In this document: piece after piece, positions 38,035 to 51,747 of the stretch
Layout: the number at the start of each line of letters is the position of its first letter
Position numbering within the stretch: position 1 is the stretch's first letter
Source: Botryllus schlosseri
Taxonomy: Eukaryota
Assembly: GCA_051294905.1 (NCBI GenBank)
Contig: CM119371.1
Coordinates: 25,918,001 to 25,978,000 of the forward strand
Direction of reading: 5' to 3'
DNA: 60,000 nt
The notes under the pieces: model-generated
The model's input: only the letters and a program-made list of their open reading frames with translations
What the model was told of the DNA's origin: nothing
Database searches by the model: none
Program-made: the position numbers and the translations under genes

Positions 38035-38760
38035 CCAAGCGATGTAAAAAGGAGGCATGCACACTGAATGAAAGTAAAGAAGATAGTATAGAAGAAGAAA
38101 GCGACAAGGAACAGGGCGGCATGTCATGGGAAGCGAGATCGATAGCTCAGTCGTGGTCCGGTAATTTTGAGGATGGACTGTATTTATTTAGTAGTAATTG
38201 CTTGTATTTCGACTTGAATGAGGACATGCTCGTCGACTGCCGGACGGCCGACTGGATACTGTTCCACACATCAGGTCCGGCATATTTGATGGAGCGATGA
38301 TCTTTTCGGTCGATCATATAATATTTTGACGACGTGAACGCGCGTGTGTTGTACTTGTGCACGTTTGATTCCGAGGTAAAGAAGTCATTGAAATATCCGA
38401 GGCAACGACCGCAGTGAAACTGATAACTTGGTGATTTCTAGTTTCCGCATATGTTCTATATTTAGGGCGCCGAATATCTTCAGCAGCGACTTGTTGGATT
38501 GCCAGCTAGGCCCCTTCGGGGCCCGAGCTATGATTCGAGGTACTTTATGCTGTAGTTTTTGCAGTGGCTTGAGTGCAGTTTTACTGGCAGCCCCCCCAAC
38601 AAAGGATGCCATAATGTAACTTCGATTGGATTAGGGATTTAAAGAGTATAAGAACAACCCATGCTGGCATGAAGCGCCTAAGGCTGTAGAACAGGCCGCA
38701 TTCTAGTGATAATTTAGTTTCTGGGGACTGAATATAACTCTCCCAGGACATGTTCCAAAG
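38035..38760 (-). mobile_element. Decayed CR1/L2-group LINE 3' portion
   Basis: Frameshifted RT C-terminal peptides LKPLQKLQHKVPRII, HKYNTR and SIKYAGPDVWNSI..SSFKSKYK. Confidence 0.75.
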
Positions 38761-41300
38761 ACTACTCCAAGTCGTTTCGACACCTTCCTATCTTTTTATT
38801 GTATCACAATTTTTGTGGTGTATTGAACTGATAAAAATTGCTAATAATCCGAACTGAACTGAATAAAGAAGTAGGAGTAGCCTTTACGTCGTGGGCATAA
38901 TATCTTTTCATCTGCTTTACACGACCACGCGTCTCGGATGTGGTCATTTAGATGTCATTGTCTGTTTGAGTGAGTCTATCTGTTCAAGGCACACAGTGCA
39001 AAATGCGATAGCAATTCACGAGCGATGTAGTCAACAGTATTCAACAATAGGGGTAGCCTATGTCGAATCGACCAATTACGGTCTCTCTATCTGACATCCA
39101 TATCGGCTGAGTAGGCTTGCCCCATGTAACTTGATTTTGACCTTGTCATTCTTTAGGCGGATTTCCTTTGCTATTTTCGTTCGATTCACTGTATTTGCCC
39201 TTCATCGGCCATTCTATGCGCTATGGTGACACAGTGGGCTAGCAAACGAGCGACACAGGTGAGGGTTTAGGACATAAGCACTTAGAACAGTGGTTCCCAA
39301 TCGATGTGGGAATTCAATGGTTTCTGGTGGGGAATAGACGCATTTGCTGAACATTGTATACAGGACAGTCTAATATATTTACGGAGACACATGCGCATTG
39401 CGCAATTACCGTTACCAGTTAACTGCTCTCTCTCAGGAATGTATGTATCAATAATTATAAAACGCATTTTTAATTCTCGATAACCAATGATGGCGTCACA
39501 AACGCATCCATCACGACCAGAATGACGTAAAATAACTCGTTCGTTAAATTTTGAGGGTTACCGGTATCGGTTCTTAATACGTTTTATGTTGCAGTTACAG
39601 GTGATTGTCTTGCGTACTGGTGTGGTTGCGTGTCTTGTGTACTCAAACAAGCAAATAGCTGCTCCGTAATGACAAAAGTTTTGGGTATGGAGATAGAGAG
39701 AGAGAGAGTTTTTATTTTCATCCAACCAAAATACATAACACAGGGCAGTGATGATGGTACAGTGGTAGGCCTATAGTGGGGAATGAAGACTCAGAATAAA
39801 TGTGAAGTGGGTTAATGGAGACAAACAGGTTGGGAACCACTGCCTTCGAAACTCACCGGTTTCTTACCAGGGCCATAAGTTGCGGTGGAGTAACCAACTA
39901 CGCCTATCTCCCGTACCCTCCGTAGAGGGATAAATGTGTCAATATTGATAAAATAGCACTTTCGGCACTGAATAAAGTAGAATTCGGCTACTATACTCAA
40001 TTCCAACTATTGCAATTAATACTGGCCTTGGATTCGAGGACTCAAATCGTTGAGCCGAGCCTAGAAACAATTGCATACCTGGACTTAGGAATACACATGC
40101 ACAAGCACACTTCTACTGACTAGTAGAAGCGGAACTATTTAAGTTTTTCGTTGATAATCCCCGGATCAAGGATAATCCGAGAATTATCAACGAATAACTC
40201 CGCTTCTACTAATCCGAATTGACTCAAATTTGTTTTGCATCGTCTTTGAAGACAGCTCAACAATTTCATGGGGTTGACAGAAAAATTTGAGAATTTTTAT
40301 TTTTTTATTTTTAATAATAATTTAAAAATTTCAATTCAAGATTGCACGGCCTTTACTGGTTGGAATTGAGTCAAATTTAGTGTGCATCGTTTTCTTGGAC
40401 AACCTGACGCTTTAGTCATTAGACGAGTGCGATTTGGAAAAAAAGTTTTTTTTGAACAACCCTACTGCACATGCACAAACCAGTGGCGGCTCGTGACAAT
40501 ATCGGGTGGTGGGGCAAGGGCTGCAAGCGACTTTTTATCACGATGACGTCACAATGACGTTTTCCAACATAAACAAGTAACTTGTTGGTACGGTAACATG
40601 AATTTCCCGACAACAGTGATTTTAACGTATGTGCCACGAGAGGTCTGCCGGTGAGCTGTGCCTTCAAGTGTGGTAACTGCGTAAACGGCGTACGGAACAA
40701 AGATTCAACACGGTTCATGTTCGCACTTGACCTCACTAATTATCTGCAGAAATGGAAATGACTATAACTCAAAAGATTTGTAAGCCTAAATGGAAAGGTC
40801 AACGAGTTCGGACACGTACGCAATTTTTATCTCGTAGATTCGGCCTGTCATATTGAATCAAAAACATCATTCTGAAGAACTCGGAAATTCGGTCTCGGTA
40901 CAGCATAGGAGATGTTGGCCTTGAAACTGGAGACTGTAACACGACACATACGGCTTACTGTATATATGTCTGCTGCGAAATCGCCTATGCAAAATATATT
41001 ACCGAATAAATACGTGGATGAAAGCCGTAATCTTAGTACACTGTTACATGACATCATCGAGAAGTAGCCTCATGACACTTTTTGGTATGATGCACTGTCA
41101 AAATTAATACGGACAGACCAACACCGAATTTTGCGTAAAATTTACTGAGGAATAGGCTGATCAAGGGATCAGCTGTTAGTCGCCAGCTATCGCGCTTGAC
41201 AGGGGTGAAATTGACATTGCAGAATATAAAGTAAAAGTAAATATTTGAATGCAAACCGAGAATGTTAGTAAACTGTTTCATGATATCATCATCTCATCAC

Positions 41301-42465
41301 TAGGGCGATTTTTTTTTGACCTAAAAAATGAAAGATTTTGACCTAAAAAATCTAAATTTTGACATTTTTTGACCTTAAAAAACTAAATTTTGACCAAATT
41401 TTGACCTAACGTATGCAAATTAGGTGTTTTCCCAAAAAAGGTTAGAATTTTACTACTTATCCTCATTTCTGGTTTGAATTGTCTGTCCTTACGAAGTAGT
41501 TTTCCCTGAAAAACTTGTTTGACTCAAAAACTGACAAATTTTTACATGACGAAATATTATTTTAAAAAAATTTGGCCCTATGATGAATTCCAGCACATGA
41601 TGTACTATGGTGAAAATAATTAAAATATGTTGTAGTACAACGAAAGATACTTTCCTGCATTCTCGGCAGGGATATCTAGATATCCCTGATTCTCGGGTAA
41701 AAAGTGTCTGTCTTTACTAAGTAGCTTGCCAAGGATGAAAATGTGGCGAGATAGCGTAGTGGGATAATCCACAGCTACAACACCAATGGGTTTTAGGTTC
41801 TAGTCCGACCGAGGTCAAGTATTGAAGGTTTATCTAGGTTTCTCCTCGCCATCTCATCCGCGTAAGCGGTGTCTTACAAAAAGCATAGAAGTGGGCCGTG
41901 CTACAAGTCGGCACATACTCGGCGGATACGGAATCGAAAATAAGGAATATCGGCCTGGTGTAAATGACCATTGTAGTCGACAAACACCATGAATATTAAA
42001 ACAACAACAGCAAGAAGAATGGAGAAAGAACGTTCAACTGTAGCAGCTATTGGCTGGCAACACTGAAGTTGTGCATTCGTACACTGCAGGTGACACACCG
42101 TGTTGCTTCATTCTGACAATGGTGTACATCTCAATTTTTGTATGAACCATGCAATGCCTACGCAGTCTTGCTTCACTTAGAATATTGCGGTACGTTGAGC
42201 ATAACACCGTGTCAACCTATTTGTTTCATTTGACTGTTTATGATTCACAATGAGCAGACAATGCGCCGTCTGCCACGGTAGGCCTATAAAGTAGGCTACA
42301 AACTGTAAAATGTCAAACGATAAGTTCACCGATTGCGCAAAATCTACGATACAAGTAAAATGCAGGTTGCAAAAAATGTTGTCAATTTTGACATTTTTTG
42401 ACCTAACGCTAAAATTTTGACCTTATTTTGACTTTTTTTGACATGTCAAAAAAAAAATCGCCCTA
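41301..42465. mobile_element. hAT-like element with TTTTGACC subterminal repeats
   Basis: TIR tagggcgatttttt / aaaaaatcgcccta; perfect TSD ctcatcac. Confidence 0.85.
41742..42015 (+). mobile_element. tRNA-derived SINE
   Basis: A box TAGCGTAGTGG, B box GGTTCTAGTCC, (CAA)n-like tail; second head at 44795-46290 (-, interrupted); tail fragments near 43805, 44185 and 59100. Confidence 0.7.
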
Positions 42466-42499
42466 CTCATCACCTATCTCAGTATGGAACACAGTTAAC

Positions 42500-43130
42500 G
42501 TTAGCACAGATACACCAGCTTTTGCGTGAAATCCGCAATGCGTTAGGTAGGCTAAAGTGTTAGATCAGCGCACATCTCTACCATACTCGACCTTGATAAC
42601 AAAATTACTGCCATAATCATTGAGTGTCAACCCTGAGACTTGGCACAGCGTTCGATACTAAAATCAAGACATACCGTGCAAAAGCTCATGACGGATCTAG
42701 GTAAGGAGCATCGTTAAAATCAATAGAGACCAATACCGGGTTTGCGTAAGATCTGTTTGCGATAAATGACGAGTCAGTTCTCACTCGACTTAGGAAAAGA
42801 AATTACCACCAACATAGTTCAGTGACAAACTTGAAACTTGGTACAGCGTTCGATACTAACATTAAGATTTACCGTGCCAAATGTCATGACCGATCTCGGT
42901 ATGGAACATCGTCAAAATCAATGGATACCAATACCGGCTTTTGAGTAAAATCTGTTTGCGATACATGACGGATCAGCACACACTCAACTTCGGAGACGGA
43001 ATTACTACCCTAAACTTTAAGTAGAAACCCTGAAATTTGGGGCAGTGTTAACTATCACCATCACGACACGACATACCAAGTTTCAAGAATTATCATGGTG
43101 TGAAACACCATCAAAATCGACCTATACCAG
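42500..43130. repeat. Tandem repeat of about 198 bp, roughly 3 diverged units
   Basis: acttgg(c/t)acagcgttcgatactaa at about 42638 and 42836; diverged third unit at about 43034. Confidence 0.75.
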
Positions 43131-44896
43131 CAAAGGTCGACTAAACGCATATGACGGTAAAACCGAGTTCAGACATAGATACGATTGTTACATCACACCT
43201 TAAGGGCAACAGAGCTATGTTGCCCCAGTTGCTCGGCAATTTTATGAATAGGAGAGAGTAAATCACCGTTTCTTTATTGTGCGCGGCTTTGAGAGAATAG
43301 ACAGTGAAAGCTTGTCATGAGCGCTACCGGGGCATGCCCCGGCTATACATTCGCAAAGCAAAAACACAGAAGAGAAGTCGATTTTCTCAGAGACTTCGCT
43401 ATATATGGGCATTTACAAGCGAACTAATAAGAAGAATGCGATTTTCGCTGTGATTTCAGTATATATCGATTGCTGGGCATCTTAAATGGTAAAGAATTGT
43501 TATTGGACAGAATTTTAGGTGGGGCAATGCCCCAGTTGCCCTATAGGACGAGCCGCCACTGGCACATACCGTCTTTTCTCGCTCATGAAATCTTTATGCG
43601 CTGCGCAAATATACCTGCCCTGAGCCATAATGACGTGTCATCCTGCTCAAAAGTGTGTTTTGAAATCGAGGAATTTTGGTATTCTGGAATGATGTTGGCC
43701 TTGCATTAGCGGAAGCAGTTGAATTTACTCGTACATACACAAAAAACATACATTCACTGCAACACACGCGTCGAATCTACAATGTCTCTCGCTGCACAGT
43801 ATAGTTGTTGTTATTTGTGGTATTCATGGTGTTTTTCGACTACTATAGTCATTTACACCAGGTCAATTGTCTTCATTTTTATTCCGTAACTGCCGGCTTG
43901 TACCACGGCGCACTTCTAGTCTTTTATAAAACACCGCTTACATCAGGGGCGGGCAACATACGGCCCGCGGACAGTTTTCCGTCTTATATGATAATGTAGC
44001 CCGGGGCTACAGTCTGCCGAGATTCCCCGCTACTTGCTTACTACGTAAAATTTTAGTGACTGTATGTTATTCCATACATGTATGCGCACTGAGCAGCGTG
44101 CGAGAGTGAAGCTTACGCGTAAGTCCGTCGAAGCGGGAAGACTGGTATTATCGGCATTTACGATGTACTCAACCCTAATATCGTTTGTGGTAATCATGGT
44201 GTTTGTCGACTACAATGGTCATTCACACCTGGATGATATTTCTTATTTTTGATTCCGTGGCCGCCGACTGGTAGCACGGCACACTTATAGGCTTTTGTAA
44301 GACAATAAGCCAGGGATCGGCAACTCAAAATGGTTCGCGGGCCACTTTTCAAAAGTCGTAGAAGCCGCGGTCCGCATGAATTCAATATCGAGATAAAATA
44401 GGCCACACAGTGGAACAACGACCCTATCTCATCACCCACTCAGCCCAAATGAATTGATATCTTGGTAAATTTGGGTTACCGGGCTCATCGAACGCCTTCA
44501 AATCTTAATTAGTGAATAAACCGTGTGTCGATTGATCAGTGAGAAGCAGACAGGGCGGCGCCTGTATGACAATGCTGTTCTCAAATCCACATTGTCTTCG
44601 TCATTATCGGCGAGAAATGGCTTTAAAGTGACATTGCTGTCGTTAAAATATATTCATTAAATACGATTTACACCTTGCATATGGGTATAAATGGGGAAAT
44701 AATGTATCGATCCAGCAATCCGGCCCGCCAAGTACTTAATTTTCCCTTATCCGGCCCGCCGACTGGAGAATTTGCCGCCCCTACCTTAATGCACGAAATA
44801 GCGAGGAGGAGCCTAGATAAACCTCCAATACTCAGGTAGGCACCTCGGTCGGACTCGTACCCGCAGCCCATTGGTGTTGCAGCTGTGGGTTATACC

Positions 44897-46264
44897 CAGG
44901 CCGTGATACTTTTGGCATATGCCAAAACTGCCAAAAATAACTTATTTTTGGCATTTTCCGATTTTTATTTTTGGCAGTTTTGGCATCGTCCTCTAAATTG
45001 ATAGTTTCAGACTCGAATTAGTCACAAAAACGCTTCATTTCGGCCAGTTTGTCAAAAGACACCACAAAATGTGCAGCATCCACGTATAATCAGTGCCAAC
45101 AAACAATAATAAGAAGAAAAAACCTAACGATTTTATAGGTTAATAATATCAAACGAAACCACAAAATGTGCAGTATCAATGTGCAGTATCCATTGGAATC
45201 GGTGCCATTAAGCAAAAAAAGAAAGAAAAGCCTAACAAACACTCTCAACACCTGATGTTACAGCTGTTGAATAGACTTAAATCGTTTGCACTATAACAGT
45301 GCTTCCAAACTCAGGTCAGCCAAGTTTCTCCTAAATTCATTTCTCGCGCAGCGAATCTGGGAAATATCGGCTTCAACAGTAGCCGTTGAGGGAAAGAATG
45401 TTGCCAGTCATTCACAAAAGGTTTTCAGAGCTTCAAAATCTTTGGAGGGCCGAACCGGCTTCCATGCATCACGAAAGGAGATCACTTCGCCAGTGCCATC
45501 GATCTCATCGCGGAAAGAATTTTCTTCCCGATACTTTTCCAGGAGTTTCCTGTGTATTGTCTCTCAACACATTCTATTTAGTAGCCCGACTATCCCATTT
45601 CCTTCAGTCTACCGAGATATTTTCGGAGGACTTTTGTCACTTCAGGTGGCTTTAATATTACCAACTCGCATGGAAGAGTCCTGGGAAGGTTAGCTTCTGA
45701 ACATTGACACAACAAGACTGTCTGGCAAAACGAGACTATGCAGCTCGGAAATAGTCAAACAGTTTGTTGCGTCACAATGTTAAACTAGATCACAATGCAA
45801 AAATCGTGGTTGATTATGGGGGTTCCAATTCCATGAGCAGAATATAATTTATATTTTAATAATCAGTACAGCGGCAGCTTCTCATTGATACCCGTTTTAT
45901 CAAATTTAGCGCTCGCCAAGCCGGACAAAAATGGTCGTAAAATCGCCTTTGGACAAATGGAAAGTATGACGTAAACCAAATGCAGTCAGCCGTTCAATCT
46001 CGCCGTGCCCACACCATTTAGGACACCATGCTTTCACCCCTAATGGGTGGGCTGGACCCAGATTAAGAAACCTGCCTTTCACACACGCTCTTCTCGCTTG
46101 TAACGCGGTCCTGTTAACACAACACCATGAACGAAATACACTATTTGGCAGGCCGTGTGTATTTTTGGCTTATGCCAAAAATTGCTTATTTTTGGCATTT
46201 TCAAATTTTTATTTTTGGCAGTTTTGGCATCTGGCTCCTGAAATGCCAAAAATAACACGGCCTG
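44897..46264 (-). mobile_element. hAT-like deletion derivative with a decayed transposase C-terminus, inserted in a SINE head
   Basis: Ends caggccgtg / cacggcctg; perfect TSD gttatacc; minus-strand SFRDAW..FCE*LATFFPSTATVEADISQI..RRNLADLSLEALL*CK at about 45258-45490. Confidence 0.8.
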
Positions 46265-47891
46265 GTTATACCACTACGCTATCTTGCCACGTACAGTATG
46301 ATAAATAAAGGATAATAGCCAACCTCTTCTGATAGTTCGGTGGATCAACGACTGCGTGGTGCCTTCACGCGACGAGCCCGTCCCGCCATACATTTTTAAT
46401 ATAAGAATAATAACACAACTACACGTAATTTTTAACAATATCCAGCAGACACAGCAGAATTCCAAACATTGCTATTAAAATTGGTCTTCTCCGGACTTAT
46501 CACATCCAGTTTAATTCAGTGATTTCAAAATGCTTTGTAATTTTGAGATGTCACAATTCATGAGATGGCGATTGTAGCAATACACATGGTATAAGAAACC
46601 ATCACAACACGCCGTGTTGTTGTAGACCAATGATACACACTGAAAATACATTTAATTGTTCAAATTCGATTCAATTTGGCCGTAACAAATCTATTGTTGT
46701 CAATAAAATAGAACTGTAGCGATGCTTCAAAACACAAATATATGAATAAATAAATATTCACCATTTTCAAGTGGAGTGAATGCGTTTTGATGCCTTGAGT
46801 GTAACGACACTTCACAAAATCGACATGATTTAATTGCAGTAGCCACAGAGCTAACTTTTGCACGGGGAAATGGCCGATATTTAAAAATTGCCACTCAAAT
46901 TCAGTTCTAGAAAAGTATAACCCCAAAACGTGATATCGTCGTGCGGTATACTGTAACGGAAATCGTGTATTTCGCCCATTCTCACCATGGCCTGCGATGT
47001 AAATCAGGTGAACGGAAGTTCCTGGTACAATATGCGACTTCCACGCAATTTCCAATGGCTAAAAACGAGTCAGTTAGGCTGCACCAATTTTTATCTGGGT
47101 GTGTTGGTTCCGTTTTCATATCACCCTTAAAAGGTGCTAAGAGCGGTTCACCTGAATGGAACCCGCCGCTACACCCCGGGATAAATCGCTATACGGATCG
47201 GTATAGATTAGTGACGGGATTGGATAGTCCATGGACTGGATATCCACAAGATTTATATTTAATTTTGGCCGCATCCGAATCAGAGTTGGATTCATGCTTT
47301 GCTTATACGACCGGAGTACCGCGGCGTTCAGGATTTTGTAGGATTTTCAGGATTTTGCCAGTTTCAGGGGGATGTTTGTAGGATTTTTTAAATTTTTGGC
47401 AGAAGTCATACTTTTTCTGATACGGCCGGAGTGTGAGCCGGATTCCATTTTGAAGAAACATGATCGAAATCGGCCTAGAGACTTCGTCAATCCGCGCCTC
47501 ACTTGTGCATTGTATATGCATCGTTTCCAAACGTTATAATGGCTGTGAATGCAAAATTGTTACTGCAAGGTACCGATGACCTGATTTGCGTCCGACGCTA
47601 CGATGAAAGTCTGACATAATAGAACAATTCTCAACCAATTTATTTACTGTGTACCGACAACCTGATATATATGCCACGCTATGGTGGAAATCTGGCATAC
47701 CCGTGATTTTGTTTAAAGTGCCCGGAAGGCGTTCTCTCGTAGCTCCAGAGGCAAATATCAAATCTTTCAAATTTTAATTTTCAGTTTAAGTGATGATCAA
47801 GTCTTGTACGTGTTGTATGGCTCAATGCTGTTTATTTCGGTGACAGCTGTCCGGTGTGAGGAGTCGATGCGTGTCGCATCAGTTTGAGGTA

Positions 47892-48197
47892 CTATAATAA
47901 AAGAATTTCCCGCTTGGCGAGGGGATTGAGTAGCATATCCGTTTCGTCGGTATACCCTGACAGATGAGGCTCTCGTGAATTCTTCGATGACGAATGCATA
48001 TTTGCCTGGTAGAATATAGAGGCGAGGATCGTCACTAATATCACGAGGCTGATGATGAATCCGATTACCAGAAAAACTGGTGCGCCCAGATTAGTGTCAT
48101 TGCCATTAGGTGATGCTAAAGTTGCAATTTTTGTCGATAGGGTGGACGGATATTGGGTGGCGGAATGCAGAACTTGTTCAGCGGCGCAATAGTTCAA
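47892..48197 (-). CDS. Possible exon or fragment of a single-pass membrane protein
   Basis: S/T/P-rich stalk, NDT sequon, hydrophobic run VFLVIGFIISLVILVTILASIF; no ATG start or strong acceptor seen. Confidence 0.3.
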   Translation of the reverse strand: MNYCAAEQVLHSATQYPSTLSTKIATLASPNGNDTNLGAPVFLVIGFIISLVILVTILASIFYQANMHSSSKNSREPHLSGYTDETDMLLNPLAKREILLL

Positions 48198-51150
48198 GGC
48201 GCTAGTCCGGCATCGCTTGGATCATAGTGTCCTATATGGTGTCGACACAAGCAAATCTCACGCCTCAGTGAAATTGTATCACGTCACAATTTCCATTTGG
48301 CTACAGGTAATTTGACGATAATTTTTGACCGGCTTGCCGAGCAATAAATTTGGTAAAACGGGTATCAATCGAAAGCTGACTTTGTACTGATTACGAAAAT
48401 ATAAATTTTATTCCGATCGTGGCCCTGGAACTCCCACAATCAGCCTCAAATTTTTCATTGGTATGGAGATTGGCATTGGGTTCTACTTCACAGTTTTCAA
48501 GAATAACTAAGCCGACGACAGGCTAATTACTTACTTGGAAATCGCTACTTAACACTTGCACTTGAGAAATTTACGTCATTCCTCCTATTTCCACTAAGTA
48601 CCAAGGATACTATGCCCATAGCTTCCATATAAAAGTCCTACATCCAGTACTCCGTCGATCAACCCATAGGAATGCGCAATTTAATAGCAAAAAATAAGAT
48701 CGACCTTTTCCCACAGATACAGCACGCTGTTGAAACGACTAATGCAATTTCCATGCAGTACTGGCAAGAGAAACAGCAATGGAGACAAAACTTAAAGAGC
48801 AATGCAGTTTTGAAAAAGAAAATGGATTAAACTAACCTTGCAGCCTCACATGAAGAAGGCCGAAGATTACTTCAAATAAAGTATTAATATGAAGGAGTAG
48901 GACGATTTGCGCCCCATTACTGCAGGAGTATAGTGGCCAGTAGAAAGTGCGCAACAAACAAACAGTTAGCATGAAACGTAAAACACAGAATGCGCAAGCA
49001 AGAAAATTATGTAGGGTTACCATATTTTGGAATCAGGAAAGGAAGAAACTTTTACCAAATCAGAAAAGTTGGTTGACTTCGACTGAAATCAGCCGTTTTT
49101 TTTTCGTGTAAAATTATGTCAGTTTTCAAGTGAAGAATGTTTTTCCGGGTAAAACTACTTCGCAAGGACAGACAGTCTAAACCAGATATGAAGATAAGTA
49201 GTGCAATTTTAACATTACGTGCGACAACACCTAATTAACATACATGAGGTCAAAATTGAGTTTTTTAAGGTAAAAAAATGTCAAAATTTTGATGCATGTG
49301 ATGTGATACGTGATGTAACTACTGGTCTTCTTCAAAGGTCCAAATTTCGTCAAAATGCAGTTATTTCATGTAAAAATTTGTCAGTTTTCAAGTTGAAAAA
49401 CATTTTTCAGGCCAAATTACTTAGTAAGGCCATACTAGTGCCAGCACTGCCAACCAGTAATAAACATAATGTAGGAAAACCCATAATTTACACACATCAG
49501 ATCAAAATTTGGTCTAAATCAAGTTTTTCAAGGTGAAAAAATGTCAAAATATTGATTTTTCAGGTCAAAACCTGTTTTTAGTTTTAAAAAAATCGTCCTA
49601 CTAATCAGCATCATGTATAGCAGTGGTCGGGAACCTTCATGGTCAAAAGATCCACATTGGCCCTATATTCACAATTGTAACTTCCAAAGAGCCATACAAC
49701 AATGTCAACTGTTACATCACAATGAATATGATGACGTCATTGTGTCACGAAATCGAAGTTCACCATACATCAGAATCGCCATGTTATTTTCTACAACCGC
49801 ACTAATCAAGTCGGTTGGTTGCCCGTCATTTAAGCATGAGACTCAATAAAAAACGCACAGTTGAGCAACGGGAGCAATGAGCATTGAGCAAGTAACACGT
49901 TGGTCGCGAACCTGTTGCAGCACCAGCTACCTATTATAAATTCTGATTCCCTGAGAGCTGAACGATATTTTTCGAAATTTAAGGCACTTGGCATGTATAT
50001 TTTGAAGGAAAATCAACACCTTCAGACAAGAATTACAGTGTGAATCTACTGTCTATTCTTCAGTAGCACGTTATTACAATAAAGCCACTTAGTAAAGAAG
50101 TATATCTACTTTTTAAAGTACTTGAAGTAGAGTTTGCCCACTCACACTACTTTTCAAGTAGTTATGATTTTAGACTACTTCTACTCGACAGTTTTCAGTT
50201 TGGTAGGCAAAAATAGGCGCAGAACACCTACTTACTTACTAGTGAACCACCACTCCTACTTCTACTTGAGTAGAAATTCCGACGTTACTTCTACTTGAGT
50301 AGCGACGGTGACTACTTTGACCATCTCTGCGCACGATTCAATCAGTTCCGCTAATGCAGGATAATAATAATCGTTAACTGATATCGTTTGGTAAACTTTA
50401 TTGCCCAGAAACTTTGTTTCCGACATTACAGAAACTTTGCATGGAACTGGACGTATCATATGTGTCCGATGTATACTCCTAAATAACTTGAAATTGCCGT
50501 GTTTGCGCTATTATTTAGAAAACAATATTATACTGGACTGATAAATAAGTATTACGAATAGTGAGCAATTATCTGCAGGCACTATTTTAGGATTTGGAAA
50601 GGGATGTTTTGACCTCGCATAGACTTCTCTCAGCTACCACAGGAATTAATGATTATGGCCGTTACGAAAATTTACATCGAAGTTACAGCAATATTGATAA
50701 ATAAAGATGCATATTAATTGCCAAATTGAAAATTAATCAGAGAGCCACATCATATCACTAAAAGAGCCATAGGTTCCCGACCACTGATGTATAGGGCTGG
50801 GCAGGATTGAGTACCAGAGTGTTTCGTGTCACTTGTACAACATGCAAGGGTGATTTGTAGCTTAAAACGCGTGTTTCATAGGCTGTGATTCAACCGATCG
50901 ACGTTTTGAGTCTTCCACAATGGAAAATACTATCGAAACCATGATTTTCGGTGACAAATTCACTCATAGTGGCGTAAAGCATACGATTTCAGCACTAGAA
51001 AAAATCACATCACACAACCCAACTCCAATCATTCTACCCAGACCTAATCATGTACCAATGTTGACAGTCATCGAAAAAACTGCAACACAACTGGCTCACA
51101 AATATCGGAACATTCACCGCGGAAACTACCAAAGCATCGCGCTCTCGAAA

Positions 51151-51604
51151 TTATGCTTTTAATTTCTTCACACGTTTGCCACACACCTTGTCCTTCAGTC
51201 CTTGCAGCCAGACTTCGTGGCTAACGGTAGACGAGGCCGCACAGTACTGATTGCCGTAATACTGCTTGTGCGTGTCCGCAGTCCTTGGCTTATCACACTG
51301 GCTGCATATTGAAAGCCCAGTTCTGGGTTTGTATTTTTTGGGGCGGGCAAGCCCGGCCGCTTCTTCGCCAGCCCGTTTTCCCCTGCACGAATGTGTGGTG
51401 GGCGGCAGGGGTTCAATTTGTGGTTTGGCGGGTGGCGTGCCACGCGGCAAAATAAACACCAACTGCTGTTTCTCTCCGGTAGTCGGAAGCGTTGCGGGAT
51501 TCTTTTCGCTAGACCGCGATGTTTCCGCGGTTGTCGATGAAGGTTGAATCGGAACAACCTCTTTCGGAACGTCCGTTTCACTTCGAGACCTCCGTTTCGT
51601 GTTC
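51151..51604 (-). CDS. Gene C exon 3: linker plus second Cx2Cx8Hx8C zinc finger and stop
   Basis: Acceptor ctgttgtcag at 51607-51605; open frame to TAA at 51153-51151; CSQCDKPRTADTHKQYYGNQYC. Confidence 0.82.
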
Positions 51605-51747
51605 CTGACAACAGAAAAACTTCTAAAAAGCCACTTTCGTCACGTGATTCGCAGTTAGAATTACACCCAGACATGTTCGCCAAATTAGATTAGAATTACT
51701 GAATTCGTGAAAACTAGGAAACTGAATGAAGGTCAGTTCATATCAAA

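Larger units (their letters stand above)
40481..43561. mobile_element. hAT-like element hosting several nested insertions
   Basis: TIR cagtggcggctcgt / acgagccgccactg; TSD gcacaaac / gcacatac. Confidence 0.8.

Noticed and set aside
41742..41815. tRNA gene
   Set aside because: A and B boxes are present but no convincing cloverleaf; it continues into a repeated body and tail, so it is a SINE
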